In this document: piece by piece, positions 15,770 to 30,360 of the stretch
How the letters are laid out: each line of letters begins with the position of its first letter
How positions within the stretch are numbered: position 1 is the first letter of the stretch
Translations under genes and position numbers: made by a program
Notes under the pieces: generated by a model
The model's input: the letters and a program-made list of their open reading frames with translations, nothing else
What the model was told of the DNA's origin: nothing
The model's database searches: none
Assembly (NCBI RefSeq): GCF_009914755.1
Contig: NC_060925.1
DNA length: 64,000 bases
Direction: 5' to 3' (one strand)
From: the human T2T-CHM13v2.0 reference genome, Homo sapiens

Positions 15770-16884
15770 CTTTCCTTCCCCTAAATTCACCTATTAGATA
15801 TTGGGTCCCTAATACAGTGTTTACCTTTTGAAGGGTTTGTGAACACCCGTGCTTATTTCTGAGCTAGGCATGTTGGATCTTACAAATGACTTCTTGTCTT
15901 GTGGGACACACAGAATCCCAGAGGAATGCTAGCGGCCAAGAGCCAAAGTCTCAGTTTACTGGGCCCTAGTGAAACAGCCCGAGGGATGAGTCAGGGAGGA
16001 TTGCAATGCTGTTTGTTACCCAAGTTGAGAACTTAGGCTCACAATAGTGCTCCTGTACTGTTAATAACTGGGGAATTTCCATTACAAGGTATCTGATCAT
16101 CTTGGGATACCAATGAAGGATTTGAGTTCAATTAAGTGATGACAACACAGGCTGCCTTGTTTATCTTCAAGAAATGTAGCCCCTTGTTTTGACCATGGTT
16201 TAATGGGTTCCATAAAGAAGGTGGTGGCATTTGATATGATTTTATTGTTTTATAATTTGTGATTTGCAAGTTTCAGTAGTCAGGAGATTTCTTTTGCCTC
16301 CCCTTCTCCCTGCAAGAGCCTTCCCCGCAATCCGGATAGGCTGTCTCATGATGCCTGGTGGTATCTTGTCTCATCATTGAAATAATTCATATGTTTTGCC
16401 TAAGATCTAGATGACAACCACATTTTATTTATTTTATTTTATTTTGCCAAAATAGCCATTATCAAACCAGATAAACATACCGGCCATAAAACAGCAATGA
16501 ATAATCTTATAGCAGGTGATAAGAAAATAAACTCCTCTGTACAGTTTGATCTTTTTATATAGGAGATTCCTAAGCATTATATAGTTATTTAAGTCTCAGT
16601 CTTGTACTCAGATGCTTCTTTAAAAAAAATTCCAGAATGAATTTGGAGAGTATAGGCTGGGATGGAAGGGATACCTCCAAAACTCAGAACATCAAGTTGA
16701 ATCGTAGGAAGATGCAGGCTTTCTCCCAGACCCACAGAACAGGGGCCACTCTGTGACTAACTATGCTAAATAAATATTCAGTAGCCCAGCTAGAGAGACC
16801 ATGTGTCCACAGAAAGGATATGGTCAAAACAGAAAATAGGGTTCGAAGAAGCAGAATTTGTTCCTGGGAAAAACACTGATTACT

Positions 16885-17169
16885 TTTTTTGTTTTGTTTT
16901 GTTTTCCCGCCCAGGCTGGAGTGCGGTGGCAAAATCTTCGCTTACTTCAGTCTTGACCTCCCAGGCTCAAGCAATCCTCCCGCCTCAGCCACCTGAGTAG
17001 CTGGGACCACAGGCATGCACCACCACGCCTGGCTAATTTTTGTATTTTTAGCAGAGATGGAGTTTCACCATGTTGCCCAGGCTGGTCTCTAACTCCTGAG
17101 CTCAAGTGACTCGCCCTCCTCGGCCTCCCAAAGTGCTGGGATTCCATACGTGAGCCGCCGTGTCTGGCC
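16885..17169 (-). mobile_element. AluJ
   Basis: Dimer with a small deletion near the tail. Confidence 0.93.
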
Positions 17170-17189
17170 TTGATGACTTCTTAATGGAT

Positions 17190-17750
<561 letters not shown>

Positions 17751-19319
17751 TGGTGCTTCCCCACCACATGGCTTGAGCAGCAATCTTCCCCACCTCCCCC
17801 AGGCAGCTTGAATTCCTCCCTCTGTTAAAATTCTCACGAGCTTCTATGGTCATTATCTTATGTCTCCCCAGCCTGATTAAAACCCCTCAACCAGAAGCCC
17901 TGTCTTATTCACCTGTAAATACCCAGTGCTCGGTCTCCAGCCTGTTGAGACATGGTGGATGACGAGGACACGCTGACGAAAGCAATGAAAGGACACTGTG
18001 CCGGCCGAGGGGAGGGCGATGGGGCCACCAAGCGCAGTCTCTGCCGTCTCTGGCTGAACCTAGTCTGAGACGCAGCCAACAAGGCCTCGGAGAAGCGCTG
18101 AGTTCAGGGATGGCACAAAGCAGACGCAGGAGCAGCTGGCTGGAAGTGGAGGGCCTGAGGTGGGCAATGTCTGTTGTAATCCACGGCAAGTCTTTTTTTA
18201 GAAGCAGATGAGTGCCCCTTTGAAAGAAATTGGCACCGGAATTATGATACTTAGGTGAGCTCTGTCCTTGACGTATTCATCGTATTCCGTCCTCATCAGC
18301 AAGGTGGAGGTGCAACTTCAGGAATGGAGTGACCAGCTATGGAAACAGAAGCAGCTGCAAGTCTTCTCTCTTCCCTGGCCATGGAATGCACCTTACAGGA
18401 TGCAGGGAAAGCTCCAGATGGCGTGGAGAACAGCACCTGGGGGGGCCGCAGTCTTGCCTCTGAGAGGAAGACAACTGGCACCCCACAAACACTGGTGGAT
18501 GGGTCCCAGGAGGAATCAATGGCCCTGCCTGGAGTCGTCCTGTGTCCTGAATTCTGTGTGCATGCGCTGTCCTCCTCATCAGCATCACTAAAGAAGTCCC
18601 TTGCTGAAAGTCAGGGTGCCATGATACAGCTCCACTCATGCTTGAATGTTTCTGTTTTATCGTCCAGGACTGGAGAGGTCTGCAATAAATGGGGCATATG
18701 ATAATTCGGACATTCCTGGCACCGAGCAAGTTCAGGAAGCAGGCGAGGGGGCGATAGGGCACCGTGAGCCTCTCCACCCTGTGGCATCTGCAAGCCTTGC
18801 TCCAGTCCTCAGCAGTACCCCGGGTGCCTTGCACCTCTTTAAAGCATGGGGCTCGTGGGCAAGTCAGCAGATGCAGAATTCTAGTGTCTTTAATTAACTG
18901 TTCAGTAGACCCTGAGCCCCAGAACATTTTCCTTTGCGCACAGACAACATCTAGGGTAAGATAAAATCATCTTAGTCTACTAGATTGATTGGAAGGAGCA
19001 ACTGCCCAAGTGCCTGTCTAAGTAAACTTTGGCAGAACTCAGGCCGGTCCTCTGAAGACCTGGGGGCTTATTCTAGGGATATCACTGAACTGGTAGATGG
19101 ACTGTGGTGGAATCATTTTTATTCTGTAGGATGAAGGTTGCCTAATGCTGGCCTGTGGAAAGTGCCATTCTGCGACTAAGTTATTGAGGCTTCACAGGGA
19201 GTTAGGAGACAGACTATGGAGAGAACTTCTCCATTAAAATAGACGGGTTCGCTTAGTCTGAGATTATATCCTTCCTCTTTATTGTAGAGTTTTTAAAAAT
19301 GCTCCTTCGACCTGAATGA

Positions 19320-19830
19320 GCACATGGGCAAATTTAGAATGTAGAACATTCTACAAGACAACTTCTCTTTCTTCAAAGAGTCGAGGTCATGAAAACCTTT
19401 TTTTTTTTTTTTAAATGTGCAGGGAGGATTCCAGATTGAAGGATTTACAGCGACATAACAACCAAGTGTAATAAATGGAACTGGATTAAATCTTGGAAGG
19501 AAAAAGATCTATAAAGGACACTTCTAAACAACTGGGGAAATTCACATATAAACTGCCTATTAGATTATTATAATTTATGCTAATTGTCTTAGGTGAGACA
19601 ACAGTATTGTGATTGTTTTGGAGAATATTTTTTTCTTTAGAGATGCATGAGAAAATATTTAGGGGTGAAGTGACATGACTTCTGTAACTTTCAAATTGTT
19701 CTTTAGGAAGAAAAGTTAGATGGAGATAAAGCGAAAATGTAAACAATGTGTGAATATAGCTAAGGGGGCTATTGATATTCATCGTGATTATTTTAGCTTC
19801 TCAATAGGATTAAAAGTTTTCAAAATAAAA
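19320..19830 (+). mobile_element. L1MC-type 3' UTR
   Basis: acattctacaagacaact...agagatgcatgagaaaatatttaggggtgaagtgacatga...caaaataaaa. Confidence 0.8.
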
Positions 19831-20042
19831 TTCAGGAGGAAAAGATTCAATTCCTCTTGGTGAAATATTTTATCGGTACCATATCTTTGGGCTGCAGTCT
19901 CTTGCATGATGTAAAGTACTTTAAAATGAAAGCATTTTTGAAATAGCACAACAATCCTCTTTCTTTTATGGAATTATAGTCATAGGTGATAGTTTCTTTG
20001 TATTAATATCCAAAATAAAAACGTGTGAACCCCACGTTGTTA

Positions 20043-20090
20043 CTGCTGCTGCTTCCTCCTCCTCTTCCTCTTTCTCCTCCTCCTTCTTCT
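20043..20090. repeat. (CTG)/(CCT)/(CTT) simple repeat
   Basis: ctgctgctgcttcctcctcctcttcc... Confidence 0.8.
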
Positions 20091-20154
20091 AAACATGTTT
20101 CTGGTCTAGGAATCTGGATGTCTAGAGGGTGCTGCTCCAGTGGTTGGCTTGTGC

Positions 20155-20355
20155 TATTCAGGGGTCCAACATTCTTCACGTCATGGCACATACAGAAAAC
20201 AGTAATACTTGGCCAATGGAGTGAGACTGCTAGTGTCTGAAGGCAAGTAGCCCAGAAGCTCCGGCTGTCCCCAGGATGAAGGGGTCACTATCTTGGCACC
20301 CCCATGAGCCATCTGGGTCACATAAGTGTGCCACAGTCCACAGGTTAGGAAACTC
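20155..20355. mobile_element. Probable hAT-Charlie MITE remnant (MER119-like)
   Basis: caggggtccaac...ggcacatacagaaaa...gtgtgccacag...ggttaggaaactct. Confidence 0.45.
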
Positions 20356-20889
20356 TTCTTACATGCACAAAAGTGCTATGAACTGCTTTAATTATGATTT
20401 GAAACATTTGCTTGGAAAGTTATCTAGTATATGTCCAACACACTATGGATTCCTACTTTGATGCTATGAATGAGGTTTAGGTATCACTGTATGTTTGTGA
20501 TAGCGCTGAATACCAGTGCAGTGGCCCACCTCTCTAACACGTTTCCGTCTGTATCATCACGTATCATAAGACTTGTTGTAATGGATCTTGAGTTGTAACA
20601 AGGTTAACAGAGATGCAGACTCCTACAGGAGCATATGGAGCTAACTCAGGAGCTAATGTTCTATCTCTAGCTTTTGAGATTCAGTCCAACTTGAATGGAT
20701 TCAGATGAAGCAAGAAAAATCTGAGAACAGGAGCCTAGAAAGGAAAAGTTAATCCAATTTAATTCAACCTTTTCAATGAAGCAACATTTCATGTTTGGAG
20801 TTCAAACTTCTGAAGTTCTAAATAATTAATTTAAGTGCATTGAAATTTATCTGTTTGGAGGCTGCTCTCATGAAGAGACCAAGCTTAGA

Positions 20890-21060
20890 AAAGTGGTTTC
20901 TTAACCCTCTGGGTGCATCAGAATAGCCTGGCGAGCTTCTGACAAACACAGATACGTGGTCTTCATCCCTAAGAGATTGTGAGTCAATTGGTCTGGCATT
21001 CTACTTTTCAGAGGCTGCCCACCCAGGGGATTCTAGTGTGCTAGCAAATACTGAAGCCTA
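20890..21060. mobile_element. MER5A-like MITE
   Basis: agtggtttcttaacc...gcatcagaatagcctgg...ggattctagtgtg. Confidence 0.7.
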
Positions 21061-21642
21061 GAATCAGAAGCTCATAGTAAACAACTGGGAAGTATAAAGT
21101 GCTTTGCAATTATGAGACATTATTTTTATGATATGCTACTATAATTTCTTTTCTGTCTTCTCCTCCTAATTTCTCAACATGGTTAACTCATTCCATTTTG
21201 AGTGGAGTTTTTTTGTTTTTTGTTTTATTTTTCCTGGAATCCCTGTGGCCTCGTTCTTTCTATTGCTCAGCAAGAACCCACATACCCGTGACCGGCACAG
21301 AAGAGGTAACTGAGAAGTATCTTCCTGGGCACCCGCGAGGGTGCTACTGATGGAGAGTGTGCTTTCTTTCTAAAGCCAGATAATACTGTTGTTGTGTTGT
21401 TTCTCAGTCTAGATTCATTGTGACTTTGCTTCCTTCCATTAACTTGGACAGTTCTGAGTCCCCTCCGTCGGCTGGATGTCTGCGTCCTGTGCCAGAGAGT
21501 ACACAGGAAATCGAGTGGTGGGGCCATTGCTTACTTCCAGACTCAGATTCCAACTTCTTTGTTCATAATGCAAAATTTGATGGTCAGAATAAAACTATGC
21601 AAATAAGATGATCCTATAGCCCAAGATAAAAGTAGGACTTTA

Positions 21643-21782
21643 TTTAGTTTTAATATTTTTTAGAAACAAGGTCTCACTCTGTCGCTCAGGCTGGAGTGCA
21701 GTGGTGCCATCATAGCTCACTGCAGCCTCGAACTCCTGGGCTCAAGCCATCCTCCTGCCTCAGCCTTCTGAGTAGCTAGGAC
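21643..21782 (-). mobile_element. 5'-truncated AluJ (about 140 bp)
   Basis: Perfect 15-bp TSD aaaagtaggacttta at 21628-21642 and 21783-21797. Confidence 0.93.
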
Positions 21783-21869
21783 AAAAGTAGGACTTTAAAT
21801 TGATGCTGAGATTTGCAAGATTCAGTTAGTAGGATCCTAGAGAAGTTAAATCACACAGGTTGAAATATC

Positions 21870-22160
21870 CTGATGATGATGATGATGATAGCTAACACAC
21901 AGTGTTTACAATCTGTCAGACCCTAGTCTAAGTGCTTTACTCCCATTAACTCATGTAATCTTCACAACAACTGTATGGGTTAGGTACTATTATTGTCATC
22001 CCTGCACTACAGATCAAGAAACTAAGGCACAAAGAGAGGCTTTCGAGGCTTGATTTGCCATTAATGAGCCTATGTGAGCTTGGATACATCACTTAACCTT
22101 TCAGGATCTCAGATTTCTGGTTGGATTAGTGCTTTTCTACAACTCCTTTCTACTCGATGG
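21870..22160. mobile_element. Two MIR fragments in opposite orientation, with a (GAT)n tract
   Basis: taagtgctttac..attaactcat..atcttcacaacaac; then cacttaacctt..ctcagatttc. Confidence 0.7.
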
Positions 22161-23635
22161 TTCAGTAACTTTGTGAGTCATTCATTCCTAATGATCTCTG
22201 ATCTCTGTTTCATTTAACCAGGACATTCCACTTCTGCCCATGTATCTTACTGATTTGGTGCAGTGATTTATTCTTTGTCTGTCCTTACCCTACTTTGTTT
22301 TCTATTAACCTCGGTTTCTGTTCCTTCAAAGTCTTCTACATTCTTTTCCTTATTAAAAACATCTGGAGAATCTTCTACATTTTGATAGGTTTCATTTCTA
22401 GAGGTAGAGAGTTTATCTATGTACATCAGCATTGGAGTTTGAGGACTTCCATTTAGGAGTCAAATGCAAATCTTAGAACTTTAGTGAGTCAAATAGTGTC
22501 ATTTTCCTTAAAAAATAACAGTATAGAAATGAGTGAGAAAATGATGAAAATGAGCTGAAGTACTGAACTGAAGCACATGGTAACTGAAGTAGCAGCTGGA
22601 TCATGGTACCCAGTGTAAGTTGTTGTGCTGACACTATTTTAATGAATACATTTTACATTATTTTCACGAATGTTAATATAGAGCTGCTACTATACTTGTG
22701 ATTCAAAGAATGATATTTATAGTATACTAATACACCCAATAATGATGCAATGAAGAAGCTAAGATTTTCCATTCTTTTCCAGATTTGAAAGTGTGGACAG
22801 TGAGATTGGGGAAGCAGGTAGAACAGTACTTGAGAAATTTAAGAGGACTAAGGTTCTCTGTTTACTCCAGATGTCCAGAGGATCAATAGACAGTCTTTTC
22901 TCCATGGTGACTTACTCACTCTAGAAAAACAACTATCTAAAAGGGGAAGCTAAACATAATGATCTCACATTTCTATAAACATTCAGGGCCTTTTTCTGCT
23001 TTGCACTGGAACCTGAAAATGTGTGATTTTCTATTTTATCTGCAAATTGGAAGGTTCTCATGGTCACCATATTAAGAGCTTATATAAAAGGGGCCAGATA
23101 GATGAAGAAGAACATTCTCAGCTCTGTATGCCTACCTGGCACTTCTAACACGCAATTCTCTATTTTCCATGAAACCAGGAAGTTTGTGGATTCCTGCAAG
23201 GATTCAAGTGACTCACATCAATGAAGGCGGTGAATATGTTGGACCCAAACACCATCGGAAACATCTTTGTCAGCAGGGAGCAGAAGTTATATTAATTAAA
23301 ATGTACTAAGAAGGCACAGGGTGCCCTCCCAACGAGTTACAAATTATTTTAATCCTAAATAAGGATGTTGCCTCCTGGCATCTTGTACTGCAGGGAATTA
23401 GAATAGAAACGTCTGTGGCATTTCTAGAAGTAGGGTCAGCAGGCTCAGATGGGATCTCTCAAGTTAGGAGCTGGACACATTTTGATAGAGAGCCACCAAT
23501 TCAATTAAGTGATATTTAGTCAATCTCCTCTACGTATTCAGAGAAGATTAGGAAAAGGTTCAAAGTGAAAGGATCAGAAACAGGTAAAACTTGGAGAGAA
23601 GAGTGAAGGACTTGGTATATTAAGAAATAATCGGA

Positions 23636-24022
<387 letters not shown>

Positions 24023-24117
24023 CTACTGGCACATGCTGAGACAGTTGCCACATGGGCCTGGCACCTCAGCATACGGACCTTTGTTTGGGAAGATAAGATA
24101 TCACCGGGATTTTTTAG

Positions 24118-24486
<369 letters not shown>

Positions 24487-25441
24487 TAGTGTTTTCTGTG
24501 TGGATTTGGAAAACCTAATGAAGTTGTTGAGATAATTTCTTCACTGTGTGTCATCACATACATAGACCGCGTGCAAATCTTTGGACATGATTGTAAGCTG
24601 ACTTATTATCCATTGTCAAGAATGTTATCATTAACACTTTCAAGCATTAGTGTATGGATGCAACTTTCACTATTGGAAAGAGCCAAGTTAAATGATCCAG
24701 GGTGGGCAAATAGGAGGTAGCCTCGTGTCCTCTGGACCCCGCATTCCTGGTAAGCCATTGCTTTTCAAATGGCAAACGCCGGGCTCAGCCTCCACATCTG
24801 CAAATGATTTGAGAAGAAAGAATTTGGGTTAAAATTCAGAGATGAATGTTAGGATGCCTTAAAAAGACTTCCCTGAATGAGAAAGGAAAAGAAAAAAACG
24901 CTATTTTTTGGTGTGTGGTGACGGAGAATATTAGGGTTGTGAGTATGAAAGTACCTTTTTTTTTCAACTGTAAAGCTGGAAGAGCATATGAATAAGAATG
25001 GCTTGTGCTGGCAGCAGCAGAGTTGACATTTGGGAGAGGAGAGAGAAGCTAGCTTCAAGCCGGAGGACCAGATTTTGAGCTTGCTTAGTTCTACCAGGAA
25101 ACAGCAAGGGCAGGAGGTCTGGCCCTACCACCCGTGTGCACCCTTGGTTAATACTCTCTAGAGCAGAACCCAGAAAATGGGAGTCTGTAACATAAACATT
25201 AATCCACATGTATAACTCCGTCAATTAAAAGACCAATAAACAGGCAGCTTAATAGGACATTATGCCATAGATGACTCTAATCAGCTCAACATATTGATTT
25301 CTGAGCATTCTCAATTTGTTTATCAGAACCAAGTGTATTCTTTTTTAATTACTTTGCCAACTTATCCCTATGTTGCATGGCTTTTGCGATATATAGTCTT
25401 ACACGGTAGGAAATGCCCTACCACACTTAATATTGGGCTGG

Positions 25442-25890
25442 TTTAATAAGATCGGAATAACATTGACCAACTTCATGTTGTCAGATATAAAGTTGGGGTT
25501 GCAAAGAGATGGATAGATAGACACAAAATCTTTGAAAGGGGGATTTTGCCTGGATTCAATCAAAATACAAATCAAAAAATTGTAAAATAGAATCTACCAG
25601 CTAAAACTAATGAGCACAAAACTGCATTGATTTGGCCCAGGGTGGACAAATAGAACATCTGGCATATTTGGCACCAATGACACAGCTGGCATTGTTGGAA
25701 ACGTTTCTGCAGAAGGTGCAGATGCAGAAATGGGAGAATTGGTACAAACAGTGCAGATGGAACAGTTGGAACAGATGACAGTGGGCAGAGCTGGCGATGC
25801 TGGCACAGGTGTCACAACCTCAACAGCTGGCACAAGTTGTGACAATCCTGGGATTTCTTAGTACAAGGCACATGTTCATTTTGGCTTTGG
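25442..25890 (-). pseudogene. Candidate terminal exon of a decayed small tripeptide-repeat (Cys-X-X-like) protein gene
   Basis: Branch point TACTAAT (25923-25917), pyrimidine tract and CAG acceptor (25891); gccaaaATG at 25879 opens a 90-codon frame with 14 Cys and one internal TGA (25822-25820), ending TAG 25609-25607; ATTAAA 25447-25442. Confidence 0.45.
25631..25844. repeat. Degenerate 9-nt periodic array (about 24 units, minus-strand consensus TGTNCCANC)
   Basis: Hand alignment: 15 of 24 units start TGT/TGC and 14 of 24 have CC at positions 5-6; three small indels (+1, -2, -1). Confidence 0.8.
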
Positions 25891-28347
25891 CTGCAGAGAG
25901 ATAAGAGCATTTTATAATTAGTAAATGTGCCATTTAAAAAAGAACTTTTTTCCCCTCCATCCTTAAGGACATCCACCTCCAACTGTTAAAGCTTGGAATA
26001 TGGAGCATTTTTGCAAATTAGAATTTCCCCGAGAAAGCCATAATTGATAAATACAGATTTCATAGAAGAGGCAATTAGATATTTTTGTTATGATATAGAT
26101 AAAATTCATGAATGGGACTTCTTCATAGGAGTTTTGTGAAAAATAAAGGTCAGATTTTTGGAAATGAAAGTACACTTTGCATTTAAACCAAAATTTATTT
26201 GTTATCAACTTAGAGGGTTATTTGTTTCTGAAATATCATGAGTATTCCCCAATTATATAAAACTTTCTGTAGAATCACACTTGAAGATGTGGTACAAAAT
26301 TGGAAACCTGTCTACAGAACAGGTTGGGAAAAGAGAAAAAATGCTGGAATACAAAATATGGAGAAATCATGATATTGCCACTTTCAAATACCAATGGGAC
26401 TTGGCTCTAATTTCCTCTAAAATGCTGTAAGTTGGGCTTGAATAAAAATACAATATAGTATAATCTTTTGGGCAATGACATTTAATATCAGATGTAAAGT
26501 TGAAAGAACAAAGCAACTTTTTTGTTAGTGGCTAGAAATTATTATTCTAATATTTTTATTGTCACTAAAGTCTAGTCATGTCACAGGAAGGCTAAAAGCG
26601 ATTACCTTGTTAAAAATAATAAAAACTAAACAAGGGGGATTAAATATTGGGTTCTTAAATCTAGAAGCACATGCTCTTGAACATGGTAGGTACCCCACAA
26701 ATTCTTGTTGAAAAAATGAACCTATGGTCTATGAAATATCAATATTCAGAATTTTAAAAAAATCACCCTCACTAATAATAACTAAACTTCTCTTAGGAAG
26801 AAACAAAACAAATCAGGCCTCAGTCTTCCTTAAAGTCTTAAATTTTATACATATATTTTAGCTAGCTTCTTTCCCCCAAGGGAAATTATAAATGAGAAAA
26901 ACTGGTTGGATGTCACCTACTCTATGTCCCCAAGGAAATTCATAATTATTTAGATTTTCCAGTTAATATTGAACTAAATCAGCACCATAAATCAGCTTCT
27001 ATTCATGATCATTGCAGCACAGTGAATGTTTTAGATGTATTTGGAGACTTTTGGGGAACCACTACATTAAGGGTTAATTAATTCTCCCTGGTGTCCAGTT
27101 CTTGACCATTAGCAACATGCTGTCTTTATTTCCAGTTGGCCCTGCATATATTACCTTATTTAATTAAAAAACCCAATAAGTTAAAGGCATTTAAACATAT
27201 CTGATTGTAGTTTCTCCATTACTTCTACTTTGTTATAACCTCATGTTGAACCCAACAAAACTATTCTTGTTATTCAGAACTTCAGTTCTATCACTTAACT
27301 TTACTTCATTTCTTGACTGAGCTGACAGAAATGTTTCTGCTTAAAACAGATACATTAATTTGTTAATTGTACTTTTGTGACATAGATCAACTAGGAGATG
27401 GAGGAGGTGGTGAGAGGGCTTCCTGTTCCCTCAGGGCACAAAGATGATGAGAGATAAATCAGTTCAGAGGAAGAGGCTGGACATGTCCACCCTGTACATC
27501 TTCCTTGGTCTGAAACACTACTCTGTGGCTGAATCTCAAATGAACGTTTCTCCTCATCAATAAGTACTTTATGGAAGATGACCAATCCAAGGCAGCAAAT
27601 AAGGATATTTCTAGGCCTTGATGTTTGAGGGGTCAGCAAAAGTTTTTCTGAAGATTGAGGATGAGGGTGGGTCATTCCCTTGAGCGCCTGCTGTCTTCAG
27701 GAATTAAATGAAAATTAAGCATGAAACATGCAATCTGTTGGAGCAATTTGATTCCCCTATACTTGTCCCAGCCACTGTCTATTTCTAAGCACATTGAACT
27801 TCCCAATGTATTGGTGTCTCATCTTGTGTAAATATCCTTTTCCTTCTCTTAGCTCCAAGACATCAGGATGTGCTTTTCTTCCACCCTTCGAATGGTTGCT
27901 CTGCATTACACCTCTCTGCTATCCCTGGAGGGCTTTTGAGTACTATGTGAGCTGGGATTTATGGCAACGGGATGTGAACGGGGGCACCTTCATATGGGGC
28001 AGCTTGTCTTTTCTGCCCATGGTAAACTGGAATACATTTTTTTTCCTAGGCTTAAAAAATAACTGTGTTGGAGAGGTGGTAAAGTAAAGCCTATTTACCT
28101 AAAATAAAACCATCTACAAAAGCAAAACAAAATTAAAGGGAAATTTATATATTAATTTTAAGACCTCATCTTCTTCCGCTTTCTCTGCATTCTCCTGATG
28201 CACCAGCTACAGACCCCTAGCAAGACCCCCGCCCCAGCTCTTTTTTGAATGAAAAGCATCAATTCATGGATCAGACATAGCCCCTAGGCATGTTAGCAAT
28301 GAGCCTGTTTGTGCTAAGGCACTGTTTTCCCTCCCTTGCCCCACCAG

Positions 28348-28446
28348 GAGGGCTGTGGGATGGTTATGAAGACACAATGATGTAGCTGTAAAGCAACTCA
28401 TTCTTGTGAGTCTGCTGGAAGTGGGAAAAGAGGAAAAGAGAGATAG
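28348..28446 (+). other. Candidate 99-nt non-coding exon
   Basis: ctaag branch-like site, tgttttccctcccttgccccaccAG acceptor, TAG|GTAAGA donor; stops in all three frames. Confidence 0.3.
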
Positions 28447-28689
28447 GTAAGAATTCGGTGTTTTTTGTTTTGTTTTTAATGAAAACCAGAGTAGTCCTGT
28501 ATGGAGATTATTGGGCTATTGTTTCACTACAGTTTAAAATTGAACTTACTGAAGATTCATGATTTAGAACTTGCAGGCAAATCAAGATTTAAGCTGCCAT
28601 CTATTCCCCTAAACTACTGTGCTGATATCTATCACCGTGTTATGTAAATAAACAATTAAATGGAGTGTAGATTCATTTACTCATTTAAA

Positions 28690-29390
28690 AATGTTTCAGT
28701 GTGAAAAAATGTAAAACATACTAAAGAAGTAGATAGTAGACAGACTCAGGTACCCATCACGTAGGTTTAACCATTACTAACATTTTGCTAACTTTGTCTC
28801 ATCTTTCTCCCTGCCATCCACACACATATTTTCTCCCCACTTTCCTGGAGTGTTTTAAAGTAAATTTGAAATGTCATTTTACCCTGAAATACTTCAATGT
28901 TCATTTTTAATAGGCAAGGGCAATTAAAAACACACAACAACCCAGAATAATATTTCTTCAACATCATCTAATTCCTAGTCTAGCCTCAGAGTCCTCTGTT
29001 TGTCTCAGTGGTACATTTGTACAGTTTGTTTGTTCAAATCAGGACCCAAACGAGGTTCTGATAATGGCTCTATGGTTTATTTTCTCTCTTTTTTTCATTG
29101 TTACTGATTAGTTAGATAAACCAGGTCATTTGTCCATAGAGTGCCTTGCATTCTGAGTTTGGCCCGTTGTTGGCTTGTAAAGACATTTAACCTGGTCTTT
29201 CATCTCCTGTATTTCCTGTGAATTGGTATTTAGATCTCTAGGCTTGTTGGGATTCAAGTTCAATTTTTTAGGCAAGAATACTTCATAGCTGGTGCTGTGT
29301 ATTTCCTATTGCAACACATTACGGGGCAAATAATACCTAGTCATCCCATGTTTAGTGGTGCTAAGATTGCTCAATGCGTTCAGCTGGTAT
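28690..29390 (-). mobile_element. L1MC-type 3' UTR
   Basis: gtacccatcac..attactaacattttgc..ccctgaaatacttca..tttgttcaaatcaggaccc..aaccaggtcatttgtcc. Confidence 0.8.
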
Positions 29391-30031
29391 ATATTTTTGA
29401 TGCTTAAGACTGTATTCATCTGTTTTCAAGCTTCTTTTCACATATGGATATTGCTAATTTTATCTCAATCTCTTTGTATAATCACCAGGGAGTCCTTCAA
29501 TTGTTAACAAATATTCTTTGATATTCATTTTATTAGCAAACTTCCGATGGGCAATACCAACTTTCCATACACACACACATATATCTGGAATTTTTTCATA
29601 GCACATTTTACATGTATTTTTCTTGCCTATATGTCATTGGAGGTTAAAACTAAATTATAACACACTTTGTGCATCTATATGCATGGCCATTTGCAGGTTA
29701 ACCAATGAATACTAGGTTAGATCAATACATGATCAGTTAACAATTGCAGTAATCAGAGTAAATATTTGTAGTCTGGGTAATTTTAGTCATATTTGCAACC
29801 AAAGTTCATCAACTGTTCATTGATATGTAACCAGTCTAAAAATGGTTGATCCAGTTGTTGCAGGAATCCTAGTGGCTAAATGAACTTAACTATACTGCTG
29901 TATCATTCATTGCTTGGCAGTTCAACTATGACTATCAAATGTTTGGTAATTTCAATATAGTCAGTATTGCATGACTTGCTTTTTACTTCACATCATTGGT
30001 AATAAGTATGTGGTCATAAATAGACTACATG

Positions 30032-30360
30032 GGCCAGGCGCGGTGGCTCACGCCTGTAATCCTAGCACTTTGGGAGGCCGAGGTGGGTGAATTACCTGAG
30101 GTCAGGAGTTCGAGACCAGCCTGGCCAACATGGTGAAACCTCATCTCTACTAGAAATACAAAAATTAGTGAGTCATGGTGGTGGGCACCTGTAATCCCAG
30201 CTACTCAGGAGGCTGAGGCACAAGAATCACTTGAATCTGGGAGGTGGAGGTTGCAGTGAGCCAAGATTGTGCCACTGCTCTCCAGCCTGGGCGACAGAGT
30301 GAGAATCCATCTCAAAAAAAAAAAAAAAAGAAAGAAAAAGAAAAAAGAAAAGAAAAGAAG
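30032..30360 (+). mobile_element. AluSx/Sz
   Basis: Full dimer; TSD taga(c/a)tacatg. Confidence 0.96.

Noticed and set aside
18268-18964. Cluster of ORFs up to 196 aa in a GC/CpG-elevated patch
   Set aside because: No recognisable domain; overlapping ORFs on both strands are expected at this GC content; too weak to call a CpG island
20980-23215. Four AP-1 sites (20980, 22174, 22485, 23209) and an octamer (22464)
   Set aside because: Spread over 2.2 kb, partly in repeats; not enough to call an enhancer from sequence alone
25450-25822. In-frame TGA in a Cys-rich frame as selenocysteine
   Set aside because: The only ATGA..AA..GA in the putative 3' UTR has about 8- and 9-nt spacing, too short for a SECIS stem-loop; a nonsense mutation is simpler
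28093-28135. Minus-strand ttttattttAG|GTAAAT, recursive-splice-like site
   Set aside because: Weak donor, competing upstream AG, and recursive sites are typical of far longer introns
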